Shown: positions 34,016-48,425 of the stretch, one piece after another | Numbering within the stretch: position 1 is the stretch's first letter | Layout of the letters: each line of letters begins with the position of its first letter | From: Callorhinchus milii | Taxonomy: Eukaryota | Assembly (NCBI RefSeq): GCF_018977255.1 | Contig: NW_024704743.1 | Location: forward strand, 43,588,001-43,652,000 | Direction of reading: 5' to 3' | Length of the DNA: 64,000 nucleotides | Made by a program: the position numbers and the translations under genes | Notes under the pieces: generated by a model | What the model was told of the DNA's origin: nothing | Databases searched by the model: none | Seen by the model: only the letters and a program-made list of their open reading frames with translations

Positions 34016-37000
34016 CATCTTAAAAAGAAACTGATTTTCCTCCTGGCTTTATTAATGTGCAATACCTTAGGGGCCTTTCACCTCCTGTATTAACTTCAAA
34101 TTTTAAACCTGTTTTTCCAAGGTTACATTTTAAAAGGTCTTTTGCCTTTCATAATTGGGCTTTCTTTGTTAAAATAATATGTAGGTTTTTTTAAAAAAAT
34201 GACTTGGTATGAAGCTAATTATAAATCACCTAACCTTTTGACATGAAGTCAGTTACAAAAAATATTTTGGCCAGACTTTTTGAATATTTTTCACCTCTGG
34301 TGCCAACACTCTTCGCCCCCAGTTGATCTGCAGCACAAAATGAGAAAGCCACACATGTTTTTAATAAGTATGATTTAGATTTCTGTTACTGATCACTTTG
34401 TGCACATAAGCAACTTGTGGTTACATCATGGTGCACATATTTAAATCATTGAGTAAAGATAAAAATATGTTCTTTGTCTTTAATCTATAAATCATTGATG
34501 GCAATAAAATTTAATTAACAATGAATTTGGGGAAATTGTTTCGATTAAATAAGGTTCAAATTCCCCCTTGTGGTTCATGTTATCTTACTTTACTGCATGA
34601 ATTTAAATCTTGCTCTGAAATAGTAAAACACTGAATTTATATATTTTTACACTCTATTCAGGCTTATCACCTGACTGTCAGAGTGAAGCCTTCTGACTGT
34701 GTGAAGTTCTTTAAAGTAGAGAAAGATGACAAATGTATGTGATGTACACCATTCCTCTGTGGTATACACATCATTCCTCAGTTGTGTACCAACATTTTTT
34801 GCGGTGTTCACACCATTTCTCTGCAGCAAAGCGGCTCACTTTAACAGGTTACTATATTGCGCAAATAATATTCCTGTTTAATGTAACATCTTTTAAACAC
34901 AATTATTGCTGTGCAATCAAATACATTGCATACACAATATTCTTCTGCTGTGCAACATGCACAAAATGTACACAACATGTTACAGCCATGGACTTAACCC
35001 AATGAAGCAGAACTGAAATGCTGCCTCAAGACCTAAAGACCTGACTGAAGTATCAAAAAAATCAAAGGTGACATCTTTTGTTTTCAAAAGATACAAAATG
35101 GACACAACCAACAGATAGATGTTCAGTAATGGGGGAGTGGGGGTTATTTAGTTAATGACATCCTTTAAGTTGGCATTTTGGAATGTGTTAATGTGATAAC
35201 TCCATCCCGGAGTCCCTCCGATCCCACACTTTTTAACTATATTCCTGAGGAGTTATATTCCATGTAACAGGAATCAGAAGTATTATACAATCAACAATTG
35301 CTCACTCCTGAAATAATTGAAATGAACTGGCTGTGTGAATACCCAGCTGCTCTTATGTAGAAATGATTCACAATGCCAAGCAATGCGGTGAAAGAAACTC
35401 TTTTTTTCCTTTTGTTTTTCGCTTCTCCTCTGAGGTCTATTTTGCGCTGATCGCTAAAAATAGAAATACTTTTCCTATGAATAATAATTAATCTCATTCC
35501 AAAAATGGAGCAAAAANGAAATCTAATTTTAGAGGCAATGTAAATTAACTCCTTTTCCCCTTCACCAGCTCATATGGAGGTATTATTTGGGGCTGTCCTG
35601 TGGTACTTTACTGAATGACTGTACACAATGAAGTAGTGAGTGTGGCTCACCCTATCCTCCACAATTCACACTTTACAGCTGAAGTTACTGGATAACTATG
35701 AGCAGCAATTCATTTTCTTTCTCCATTGCCAACCCCAGGAGCACTCAGGCTGATGGTAGCGATACTCAGCACAGACCAGGGATTGAATCTGAGTCCGTGA
35801 CTCACAATAACAACAACTTGCACTTATATAGTGCCCTCCATGCAGGGTAGCATCTCAGAGTGCTTGAAAAAGCGCTTGACTCAATAATACACTCAGTGGT
35901 GCATTTACATGCTGAGCCATCAGGGTATCTGTCAAACAGCTTTCTAAATTAAAGCACATCGCATTACACCTGCAGAGGTGGACAGTGTGTTCCCTGCAGA
36001 AAAGGTGTAAGCTGCTTGCATTACATTATAAAATGATAATTATTCTTGCATTTGATACAGAGTCCTATCATATTGTCAAAGCATCTAAAAGAACTTCAGT
36101 GCATTTACTGCAAAGTGATTCATGACTGTGTATTTGTAGGCCAACAGTCATGAAGCGAATAACCAATTTTATCTGGGGAATTGTTGGCCAGGACATGCTT
36201 ATCAAAGCATCTCAACGGGTGACCAGAGAAATGAAGTAGTGGGGCTTCATGGGAGGGAAATTCGCATGTAAAATAAAGACAGCATGAAAGTTTTATACAT
36301 GTTCACTGGAAATAATACTGTTTCTTCTTTGAAAACATAGCACAGCAATCTTCTACAAAGACAGTGACTCACAACCCCATCAATAGTTACTGTTATGATC
36401 TATTTTGTTTTATTAACACCAGAACATGCTTGTGTGGTGATTTGCGATTGTCACCGTCCTCCTCAGCCTCAGTGATCTTAACACTGTACTGTTTCACTGA
36501 ACAGTGATCGCGGAGCCTTTGATGTTACCCACTCCACATGTTTTTATTTTGGATTGAACACTGCCTTTCCTCTGATGAAACAGCACCGCACCACATAGTT
36601 TGATCCACAATAGTACGGCTATACCTCAGTGAATGATGTTCACATTATTCGTTTTGCCTCTTGGAGTAAGGAAACTTGCCCAGCATTTCACCCAGCTGGG
36701 AATCAAACCCGGATCTCTTGCTTGTGAAGCGAGTGCTCTAACCACTGAGCTACAGGACTTTATGATACAGCTCAGCATGAAATGCGTAAGAGCATTGCCA
36801 TCATCCTCCTGTCCACAGCTTGGCCATTCCTTCCCATTGAGCGTTGGTTCCACCCATTGGAGGTGCATAGCTTAAAGTAGCAGCTGCTTGCCTCTCTGCA
36901 GGCCAATCAAGGTGGATTCCAGGGGCTGGATATATGTTACCTTAAAGCATGAGGGCTATTCTCCAGGTAACGCCTTAGACTGCCTTGGGTCGTCCTTCCA

Positions 37001-39204
37001 ATATTTAAGGCACTACATAAATATAATATTTTGTTGTTGTTGTTCCAGTAGCTGTTGCCCCAAGACTCAGAGTTTCCTCATCAGCTATCTGATGGACATG
37101 CCTCACCCCCACTTTCAATAGGGATATTCTAGGTGTCACTATCGAACCTTGCATAGATCTTGGAGCTAGAATATACATTCCAGATAAAATCCAAAATGTG
37201 GCTATGTATTCCTAGGGTTTCCAGTTTCATCATGAGGGCTTCGTGAGGCACTAGGAAGAAAGCCTTTGTGGATTAAAGATGCAATGGATAATTAGCTTTT
37301 GGTATCTATTAAATGCCCTAATTTTCTGATCAATATATTTACCAACTTTGACTGTGTGAAGATACAGCAGATTTTCCCATTAATAGCTCAGGCTGCCAAT
37401 ATCAGTAAATGTACTGCCCAGTGGAGAATAAGCCATGCTTGCTTACGATGGCAAATTAGCAATGATCGGTAGATTACCCTCAATATATTCACTAACTGCT
37501 ATTTATCACGAGGCAGAAAATTGCAACTTCCATTTAACATAAGCACATTCATGCCCCCTGGAGCTCCAATTTTCCTCCTGTCATTATTAACGTGCTAATT
37601 TTAGCACCAGGAGTAAAATTACCCCCTTAGTTATTACATAATGTCAACTAGCATCACCTGAATCAACACTGGTTAGTCAGTGAGGAGGTCTGTGCTGTTG
37701 TATCACAATATTTCATGATTTTGGGAACAGTCCAAGAAAACAAGGCGTCAAAGCTATCACCAGAAGATTAGTTCCACTCCAGCACCTTCATGTAAATAGG
37801 GTAATTTAGTCATAATAGACTACAGGTACTCTCTGCCAATTGCCATTCAGTTTCTTTGCATTAAAAAACATGCAATAGTTTACTTTGCAAGTCTATTTTC
37901 TGCAACAAATTAAAAGCTAAAGAATCCACACACACAAACAGCTGGGGACTCACAGCGATGTGTTTTTATATAGAAAAGCATTGCTTTCTCAAATAGATCC
38001 AAGAAAGTGCTAATGTTCATCTGGCAATTCAATGGGAGGCTCATGCTGTGAGGAGAATAACCCTCATGTAATTGTACAGAAGTTATAAGAGGTAGCAACC
38101 CTGCTAAAGTTCCCTGCTAATAATCTATTGTAATCTAATAAAAACATTAGATTTTTAATCTGCTAAATGTGGAAAAAATTCAAGGAAATAGTCCAAAAGG
38201 AGTTTTTTCTTTATATATTAGATGAAGCATCAATAATGTACAGCTGGACACAACCATTATAGCAGCAGATGTTTCACAGATGTGATCCATGGAAAAGTCA
38301 AAGGTTGTCCACATCCTAGTGATTTTTTTCACTATCTCTCACCACTAAGTGTTAAATCATTCTGTGTTATGTCCAAACCCCCAACATTTGAAACTTATTT
38401 TAAGCCTACCTTTTTGACTACCTATTCTGGCACCTATTCCTCCTTCCACCCAACAACCCCCTCACAAATCTAACAACCATTATAGGCTTGCAATCAGCTT
38501 GTAAAGTGCTGCGAGACATCTTCCTGATGTGAAAGTAAGTTGTTGTTACCAGTTCTGAGTGCACAGAATAAGGTCAGGTCCTGGCAGTATTTGACAAAGA
38601 ATTCACCACCAGGAGACATAGCCAGTGGGGCGTTTGTTCCAATGTGCATGAATTTTGTTGACAGAAAGCTAAGGTACAATTACTATAACTACAACTTGCA
38701 CTTATGTAGCACTTTTCATGTATTCTGCAACATGATTGGGATCATCGAGCAAGAAGGAATGTGTGTATGTGTGTGTGAAGGGAGTGGGGGTGGATTTAAA
38801 GATGTTAATCAAAAGCATGATCAAAGAAATGTGTTTTTAAAGAGAATTTTTAAAGTTAGGGGGGAAGAGCAAAGAAATGTTGGCAATAAAACCCTTATGT
38901 TCCTGGCAGGTTTAGTTTAAGTGCTTGTGTACTGACGACACTTAAATAGTCAGCTTCAAATAAACAAAATTTAATATACAACAAGAATCTACAGTTAGAG
39001 AAAATGAACTTTGGAAAGCAATTGGTCTTACAGCTCATTCGTATTCTATCCATCTGTCACACAATAGACGACTTTTGTTCCTACCTTTTATATAGATTAA
39101 CCTCTTATCATGACTCAACATCCCTGAAGTCTATCACAAAATTTCCCATTAGTTTAAGCTGCAATTGTTTCAGTATATTCTTGGAGAAAACCAATGCCCC
39201 ATCT

Positions 39205-39470
39205 TTATAATAATAATAACAATAATAATCCTTGCATTTGATATAACACTTTATCACGAGACTCTCAAAGCGCCTCACAGAATATACTGTAAAGTGAATT
39301 GACTGTACATTTTGTGGGCGAAACGCGGCAGCCAATTGCGCACAGCAATTTCCCACAAACAGATGTGGATTGAGTGACCAAATTATTATTACCCCCGGAA
39401 AAGTGATCCGCCAATCGACGAACAACCGGGTTTCTACTTACTGCTAGGTAAACAGAGGCGTGTGGAGTAA
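39205..39470 (-). mobile_element. Longer variant of the tRNA-Ala SINE with an alternative middle segment, 5'-truncated
   Basis: Shares the 3' half and 'aggcgtgtggagtaag' with the young SINEs but has a different ~65-nt middle (39391-39455). Confidence 0.8.
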
Positions 39471-39479
39471 GCTCCACCT

Positions 39480-40625
39480 CCTCGCCCCACCTCCCAGCTC
39501 CATCTTCTCTCCTTGCCCCACCTCGTCAACCTCTCCCTGTCAACTGGCACCATTCCCACTCCCCCTAAAAACAGCTGTCATCACCCCTCTCCTAAAAAAA
39601 ACCTTCCCTGGACCCATCCCTGCTCACTAATTACTTTTTATTTCCTTTTAGTTTATTTTCCCCTTAATCTATTTTACCCGTAACAATTTCTGAGTATATA
39701 TGTTAACAATTTATTTTGCACCTTTTGTCCCTACACCCATCTCTAACCTCTCTTTCCTTTCCAACATCCATGCAAGAGTTGTTGCTTCCCAGCTTCAATC
39801 CTTCCTCTCTTGCCACTCCCTTTATGAATCCCTCCAATCTTGCTTCTATGCTGCCCAAGCACGGAAACAGCCTTGGTCAAGGTGACAACCAACTCTATTG
39901 CTCGGCCTCCACCCTCGACCCCAGGATCACTGATGTCCTGACAGAATGTCTGTAGACATCAGATCCTTGAGGAACAAACTTTCTAAACTTTCACACTTTC
40001 GTACCTCGGGCACTGGCAGCATCATGGATGCGCACTCCATCTCACCAAGCCAGTCAGGAACCCAGGTGTCTTGTTCAACCCTCAACTGTCATTTCTCCCC
40101 CACATCCATGCCATGACCCACTCTGCCTTCGCCCACCTCCACAAAATTGCCCGACTCCATCAATGCCTCACCCCTCAGGCCACCGAAACCCTCATACATG
40201 CCTTTGTTACAACCAGGCTCGACTACGCCAACTCCCTGCTTGTTGGCCTCCCCAACTCTTCCCTCCACAAGCTGCAGATCATCCAGAACTCTACAGCTCA
40301 TGTGCTCTCCCGCACCAGACTCCATGACCCCATCACACCCACCCTCGCCCAGCTCCACTGGCTCCACATCACTCAGAGGATCAAGTTCAAAATTCTTGTC
40401 CTCACCTTCAAGGCTCTCCATGGCTTTGCCCCCTCTTACCTCTCTGACCTGCTAACCCTTTATCAACCTGTCTACTCTGTCCACACAGCGGGCTCCAGCC
40501 TGCTCCATGTTCCTTGCCCGGCCTGCCCCACCATCGGCAGTCGGGCCTCTGCCCCCACCCTCTGAAAGTCCATCCCACATTCCCTTTGACTCGTTCCCTC
40601 CCTTGCCTCCTTCAAGTAATGCCTG
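39480..40625 (+). mobile_element. L2 LINE RT fragments
   Basis: PISNLSFLS...YESLQS and TETLIHAFVTTRLDYANSLLVGLP...LHWL..RIKFKILVLTFKALHG. Confidence 0.88.
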
Positions 40626-40804
40626 AAGCACATGCAGAAGCAGGGCATTACAGGGTACGGAGAAAAAACAAGGAATTGGGATTGGATGGTTTCTTGGAGG
40701 AGCAAGCACCAACACAAAATAATGGGGTGAATTGCCTCCTAATATGTCATACATTTCTATGGTTCTATGTTTTGACATGATGAGGTTCAAATTTTAACAA
40801 CTGT

Positions 40805-41245
40805 TAGTCTGCCTCAGTAAAGAGCCACATCGCCACTGGATGAAAGGTTGTGGGTTCAAGTCCCATGTGTAGAATAACACTCCAGTATAGTGCTGGTGTG
40901 CATTAATTGTTGGAGGTGTTGTTTTCTGGATGAGATTTTAAACTGAGGTCCCATCTACCGGTTCAGATGGACATCAAATAATCTGTTGTATTATTTGAAA
41001 AGAGAAAGGAGTTTCTCCTCTCTTCCTGTGTCTTGATGAATAATTCCACGGATAAAATTGATCACCTTTGAGGCAGTTCTACTCCAAAGAAACCCTCGAT
41101 ATTTGTAGAACATCACATTGTGCAAATTGGCTGCCGCATTAGCTTACAAAAGACATTGATATACTCTACAATATATCCTGTGAACCACTTTGAAATTTTT
41201 CTGTGACGTGATCCATCACTATATCACTATATTATTATTACTATT
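40805..41245 (+). mobile_element. Old DeuSINE/SacSINE1-like SINE
   Basis: 'aaggttgtgggttcaagtccca...aaactgaggtccc...ttcagatggac...tgtgcaaattggctgccgc'. Confidence 0.7.
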
Positions 41246-44200
41246 TTATCTTTTTAGTATCTTTGTTTCTTCAGGCCTGCCTTCTTGTCCTCTTGAATCC
41301 TATAAATGAGTTTCTTTAGCTCAGTCACTTAAGTTCTAATGACGGGTCAGAGGCAAAATATTGGCCTATTTTCTATCAGATGCCACTCAATCTGCTGTCC
41401 AGTGTTTTGTGTCTGTTTTAGAACTGATATTAATTAATTAATTATCTTCCTGGTTATGGGATATTGAACAGTCAGATTCCGTGAAGCAAAGAATGATGAT
41501 AAAACAATGCTTTTCCATTTATTATGGAACATAAATCAAAGTGGAGGAGATGTCTTGGCGAATCAGTTCAGCTGCAAAGGGACTGTAAACTTTACAGAGA
41601 GAATTGTTGGGAAATGTCACTGATTTTTAGGTATGATTAATCACACTCCCAGGTGCATAGAAATATCTCAGATTCAGGCAAGGAGAATTCAAATTAACAG
41701 AGAAAAATGAGATTCCATTTACTTTTGCCAAAAATTTAAAGTGATTTTCCAAGCAATTTATTGCAGTGAAAGCATAAGTTACACATTTGCATAACATATC
41801 AAAGTGTTTGTAAAAGCTTTAACAGCTTTTATTATACTCCTAATGATCGACTGAATGGTTCTGATTTGGTGCTTATCTAACACACAAGTGGAAAGGTAAG
41901 CGTTCTTTGAAAGGTTTATAAAACTTGGGAGTTTTAGAGAAACTCTGTGCTACAATATTTTTTTTCCTAATATTCTGTAAAACGTGCTTTACCTTTCTCA
42001 CGTGAAGTTCCCTGACCATTTAACCACTCTTTCTTAAATCTCTCTTACAAGATCACAAGAGGTTGGATGAAAAATGCCCTTCAATCCATTTGATTTCATC
42101 CTTCCAGAACACACACACTATTGTACAAAAACTAAATTAGATATTTTTTAATTTATGAGACATGTTGAACACTGGTTACCAAAAATACTAAGGATAAGGG
42201 GTACGGGGAAAGAGCTGGAAAGTGGGATTAATAAAAGAACAATGATTTAGAAAAATAGGTAGCAGTGACATAGATAAAACAGGCTAAATGGTTTTCTTGT
42301 ATCTAGAACACTAATCACAAATTTGACTCTGTAGTGTGCAGTTTGGAGCAATCAGTCTTGGAAATGACACAGAGGAACCGGCAGGGGAATCACAGAAGAG
42401 CAAAAAGGGCGATGCCGGGTCTTAAAGCTCTAAATTATGAGAAGAAGTTTGCAGAGCAGAACTCATTCATATTATGAGAAAAGATGACTTAGGAAAGATG
42501 TAATCTAGCTCTATAGATGACTTACACACACAAACAAACTCCCTTGCTCCTCTGAGTTGAGGGTTGAACTGCATCGTTAGAACATTAATGCATAGGAACT
42601 TTGCTGGTTATATTGCATGACTGCCAATGCCTTGTTCTGGTGTGTACCTGTACAACAAGGATTATTATAAATGGTTACAATACTCATGTTTCATTACTGA
42701 CCTAGCAGATTGGTGCACAGTCTTGGTCTTGATTCATTTTTATAGTTAGGCTTCTTGTTTCACTTTCTGCCATGTTATCCAAAAAGGAAAACCTTGTAGG
42801 ATGCCCCTGCTATTATAATTTATACATTTTCATCTATTACCCAAATAAGGGTAGCAGAAGAAAAAAAAGGCAGGGAACAAAATCATCTGATATTCATCTC
42901 CTGAATCCACAACTGTTATACAACACAATTTACATTTATATAGCCTCTTTCACTTCAGGAGGACGACTCAATGTGCTTGACACTGCTGGCTGGGCACCAG
43001 AGTTCTGGGTGGGAGTGATAGGAGTGGGGAGGGGAAAGATGACAGAACGTGTGGCTAAAGAGGTGCATCTTGAGGTTGGTCATGAATGAATGAGTTACTT
43101 GAATAGTGGAGGTCTCAAAAATATCTGATGACATTGTGAACATGTGCAAACATCTAACGTCATTGTGACGTTCACACTTATGGAGATTGTTATTTCCGAC
43201 AAGTGTTCTTTACAAGGCTGGAGGCAATGTGAGAGCAGTGTGGACTCAGAACTCGACAGTTTGCTGTCACATTTTGAGTTTGCAGAGCCACAATATGAAA
43301 GTGGCCATGAGTTTAATTCAAAACTCATTACATAATCTTGCACTCTGACTCATGGTTCCCCCGGCTGTCAAAACTAATAAACTCTTCACTACTCTTCATC
43401 TTCACTTCCTCCTACAATGGACGTGCTTTCACAACCATACTCGGTGACACCAAACCACTATTATTTCATTTACCTCACCCTAGCTGCAACTGTTTTCAAC
43501 CTTGCTATTATTCTGCATTGGGGAACCCTTTATCTAAATTTGTCAATATAAAAATAAAAATGTAATTTCAAATATGTATGAATCCCAGTTCCAGTTCTTG
43601 AATGCCGACTGAACAATCTGCACGCATGATTTACCCGAACACTGTATATAATTATGTTCAGCACCTTGCATCCTTCAAAGTCTAATTTCATAATAATTTA
43701 TGTCCCTGTAACGGTTGGAAATATTAAACATGATTTGTCCCAGGTTTTCTCCACTGTTGCCATAAAACACAGTTACGACATTTTAGAGTAAACCCTGTGA
43801 AGCATTTTGAAATGCCCACACAATTTAGAAAATCGTTGTCTCAGAGACCAAAATAATTGACCGTCTGCCTGTCCAGGCAGATGTTAAAGGTCCTATGGCA
43901 CTATTCACAAAGAGAAGGGAGCTTATCCCGGTATCCTGATAAATAATCCCCCAAATAAAATTGTCCTTCACTCCATGGTTGTTTGTGGGACATTTCTGTG
44001 TCCAAATTGGCTGCGTCATTCGCCCACAAAATACACATTACTTGGGTTGGGCAATTGATGAATGGTATTGTCCAAGGTCGCTGGCGGCCGATTTGCATGT
44101 GCTATTATTGTGATGGAGCCAGCAGGGTGGGGCAGCGAGCCATCAGAAGGCCATGGCTCCTAAGGACTGGAGAGGAAGGTTGAGAATGCTCTCAGCCAAA

Positions 44201-45259
44201 ACAAAAGCTGGAGTGTGAACTGAATAACTGACCTCCCACAACAGTGTCCCGCAGCATGCTGGAGAAGCACTTCTCTTCCGATGTGATGGTTCACATGTTC
44301 CCCCACTGAGAGAACCAGCTAGTGCAGCTCAAGGAGATATAAAGGGCATTCCTGCTGACAGGAACACCGAGTGTGGATAGGAGAGTTAGGTGAAGTGCAC
44401 GTTTGCTTAACCTTCCCAACCCGTGGAGTCATGAAATGTCTTAAAACAAAAGCTCTGGTTTTGATCTTAAGGTGGTTAGATGGTTTGTACCCTCAAACCC
44501 ACAACTGCTACAATATGTATCAGCAAACAAGTGGGAAACGTCTATTGAATGGATTGCGTAAAAAAAACGGCTTTCAACCTCTGCAGCTACTAGAGATGCC
44601 CTTCACGTCTTTCGCTGGAAAATCAATTCCTCTTCTGCACAATTCTGGAGGAGGTCAGAGGCCAAATAACTTCAATCTCAAATAACTAGTTACTTAGAAA
44701 TCCAAACTTCATTCTGAAGGGTGACCTCTGGTGAACACTCCTGAATTATCAGTGTGAAATGGGTCACGTTTTATGTTGATTTCATTTTGACTTCAAAAAC
44801 AGCCTAATTTTCTACTGAATGTGCCAGAGGCCAACATGAAGTCAGCTGCCAAACCCACTGAATAGATCAGGAAAATAGGTCCTGACAGCAGCAATTAGCT
44901 CTATAGGGTAAATGTACCAGCTCATTCAGCACCTAGTTATGAGCAACGTACTGAATTACAGACATTTAACCTTTACAAACCACAGATGATACGGTGCCCC
45001 CGTAATCACCAATGTTTACAAATCAGAGTCTGTAACCATTGGGACCATCTTAAACAAATTACCATAGAAAAGACTACAATTTCAATCCAGAGAACGCGGT
45101 TCATTCATTCATTCGTGTTATTCAGTACCAGTTTGTAGAGGAGTGATTTTATTATCCTTGCTACAATTCCATACAGTAAAAAAATTACTCCCAGCATTAT
45201 GAAGAAGATGCATTGCTACTTTTATATTAACCCTTAATCTGCTTCAGAGGAATGTTGTC

Positions 45260-45765
45260 ATTTTCATACGAGAAGTCGGGCAAAAAGAGACTAGACGTTC
45301 AGACCTCATATTGAGCTATGAGCAACAAGACAAGCTGGAGACAATGAGACAAGCTAGGACCCTTGCACCTCAGAGGAGATCCTACAGAGGTATATAACAT
45401 TTTAAATGGAATTGTGAAAGTAATCTCAGAACAAAACTTCCGGAAGCGTCAATTCAGCAGGACCAGGGGGACATAGGTTTAAAGTTGCAAAGGACAATTT
45501 TAGGACAGAACACCAGGAAATTTTCTTTACTTAAGGGCAATAGTGGCTAGCCTTTATGGTGGGCCAACAAAGTACATTTTTGTGATTGAATATTTCTTGA
45601 TTTATACTATAAAGGGTATTTAACGATTGGAATAGGTTACCAGGAAAGACCGTTGAGACCAAAAGAAACAACATTAGGGATGCTGTGATGGGAGGGTGAG
45701 AATTCTGGAAGGATGAAATCAAATGGGAACTTCTTCATCCAAACCCCTCTTGCAATCTTGTAACT
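45260..45765 (+). mobile_element. Old CR1 3' fragment
   Basis: 'agaggagatcctacagaggtatataac...ggaccagggggacatagg'; 3' UTR similar to 27480-27585 and 46780-46870. Confidence 0.6.
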
Positions 45766-46971
45766 GGTTATTGCCTTTTTAAATGCTGCTACACTGTTGA
45801 TCAGAAATGCAAAGATAGATTGTTGAATGTGGAGCGCTGTCTTGTTCAATAGCTCTATTATTCTATCATGTAATCAACACTGTCTCACTGGCTTGTGATG
45901 TGGAAATCATGATGACATCTTTTGGCAACAACTGTCATCCTTGTAACCTGCAGACAATGCACAGGGGTCTGTGAAGGGCAGTGAAAGCATCAAGGGCAAG
46001 CGTATTAACAAACTACAAGCAGCATGTATTCCTAATGGCACTCAATTACTATGCAAATACCCCATAATTACACTCATCAAACATGAAGCAGAAAACTAGT
46101 TAGTTGAATGGTTTCCTATTTGTATTTGAGAAATGGCTACAACTCTAGACTCTAGACTGTATTATAAGAAAAAAATAGTTGCACCTCTGTCTTGAGGTGA
46201 CGTACCAAGACATTGTTAAATATACCAGTGTCAAACAACAAACACTTTTGAATAATCTAAATTGAGCCAGTTTTCTGATCAATCCAGATCATTTAGAACA
46301 CTTATTTTTCTTTCACTCAATTATATCATCATGCTTCTCCATCAAAGACTCATCAAGCGAGTTAATGATGCAACAAATTACATTTATAATGTAGATTTTA
46401 TACAGCTGTACTGCTAGCTAGGTATAAGTACTGTTAAGCTAAATGATATTAATGGGCTGTCCCTAACAATCCCGAAGTCTATCAGTTTCTATTCAATGCC
46501 ATGGTTTCCCAGATTCTATTTTTATAGTGGCAAAATGCTGTTTATTGGCTTTCATGTTATTTTTGAACCTCAGTTTATAAAGGGATCGAATTTGTGATAC
46601 TCATAAGCAGGATTTGTTGTGGAAGTTCCAATTTCCGGTTTGGAAAATTCACATTTGGCAAATTGCAAGGCAGGAAAGTTTAAGACATAGCCTGTGATCT
46701 GTTGTAAGAGAACAGAACTGGAATCTCAATAATGAAAAGTGATTGAGGTCAGGACCATGGACCCACTTAAAAAAAAGCATCTTGATGCTATAATGAAAGG
46801 ACAACAGGGTGGGTTCTGGAAGGATGAGATCAGAAGGATCTTCTTCATCCAAACCAATCTTGTGAACTTGTAAGTCTGTACACATTAAGGTTTGGGCTCC
46901 TGCAACATAGATGGCATTGGCATGAACTAAAAGCAAATTTTATAATATTCACTAATATCATAACCAACAAT

Positions 46972-47283
46972 AATAATAATCCTTGCATTTGATATAGCGC
47001 TTTTCACGTCGGGAGGACGTCCCAAAGCGCTTCACAGAACACATCGTAAAGTGAATTGACTGTAGATTTGTGGGCGAACGCAGCAGCCAATTGCGCACAG
47101 CAATGTCCCACAAACAGTTGTAGATTGAAAATGACCAATTTTATTATTGTTTTTGGTTTTGGAGGGATTATTATTAGGCGTGTGGAGTAAGGAAACTTGC
47201 CCAAGGTTTCGCCCTGCCTGGAATTGAACTCAGGTCTCTCGCTTGCAAAGCGAGTGTCTAACCACTAAGCTACAGGACTCCAC
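46972..47283 (-). mobile_element. Young full-length tRNA-Ala-derived SINE (subfamily A)
   Basis: Near-identical to 11788-12106; 12-bp TSD ATAACCAACAAT at 46960-46971 and 47302-47313. Confidence 0.95.
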
Positions 47284-47394
47284 TTTATTATTATTATTAT
47301 TATAACCAACAATTTACGGTGATACGTGCCAAGCCAAAACTGTCAAGCACCTTGGCATGTCCTCCCAATGTGAACAACGCTTTATAAATTTGGG

Positions 47395-47810
47395 CTATTT
47401 GTATTGTGTTGTATATAGTGGCTTTGGGAGGACGCCTGAAAGCACTTCACAGAACTGACTGGGAACCCAAACTTGTGTTAGCAGGGACAGAGGGCTAAGT
47501 GGGAAGGAAAGATGGCTATAAATATGGCTGAAAAGATAGGTCCTAAGGTGTGCTTTGAAGGCAGGAGGGAAGGAACAAGTCAGAGGGCCACCAGCATGGC
47601 AATTCTGAGAGTGGGGACGGAATGGATGAAAACTCACCAATTGATGGTGGAGTAGGGTGATCTGGGGAAGTGAAGCAACAACCATAACAACCTGCATTTA
47701 TAATAGTGCTCCTCATGCAGGGTAGCGTCCCGGAGTGCTTGAAGCAGGCTGGTGTTTGCTGAACAGTAAGAGCAGCCGGGGTAGTAGTTCACATTAGATC
47801 ATAGATAAAG
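47395..47810 (-). mobile_element. Old L2 3' fragment with a second short L2 tail inside
   Basis: Minus translation PAFKAHLRTYLF; tail-like pieces at ~47400-47450 and ~47680-47740. Confidence 0.6.
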
Positions 47811-48144
47811 GACTACAGGAGGAGAAAAAGTGAGACGCGGGGATAAAAACAATTGATTCTTACAATGAAATGGATCTAAATTGCTCAATTATGTTTACGA
47901 CTCTGAGTAGCATCATGTTTCATCTGCATCAGGCCCAGCGCATCATCCATTTCCTAGACTTAAATCTCAAAGAAGACTTGATCATTTACCTCCTATTTCT
48001 CCCAAGAGTTGTAGTTCTGAACTTGAGTCATTATTCGTTCACCCAACTACTATTCTACTTTTCCAACTTTTTTGAAATATACTTATTTTCATTCTATTCT
48101 TTTATACCAGTATCCTATCCCAAAATTATGACATAAACTCTCAA

Positions 48145-48425
48145 ATTAAACCGAGATCCGGTCTGCCTGTTCAGGTGGATGTTGAAGATCCCATGACACT
48201 ATTTGAAAAGAGGAGGGAGTTTCTCTTGGTGTCCTGGCCAACAATCTCCCCAATAAAATCGGTCATTCACTTCATGGTTGTTTGTGGATATTGCTGTGCA
48301 TTCATTGGCTTCCACAATCTTCCACAAAATACAGTCACATCACATTGAAGTAAACTGTGATGCACTTTGAGACACCCCAGCATTGTGACAAAGTGCTATA
48401 TCAAATGCAAGGTGAATTATTATTA
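48145..48425 (+). mobile_element. DeuSINE-like SINE
   Basis: 'ttaaaccgag...ctgcctgttcaggtggatgttgaagatcccatgacactatttgaa...gtcctggccaa'. Confidence 0.78.

Noticed and set aside
35517..35517. Single N base
   Set aside because: Assembly ambiguity with no biological meaning.
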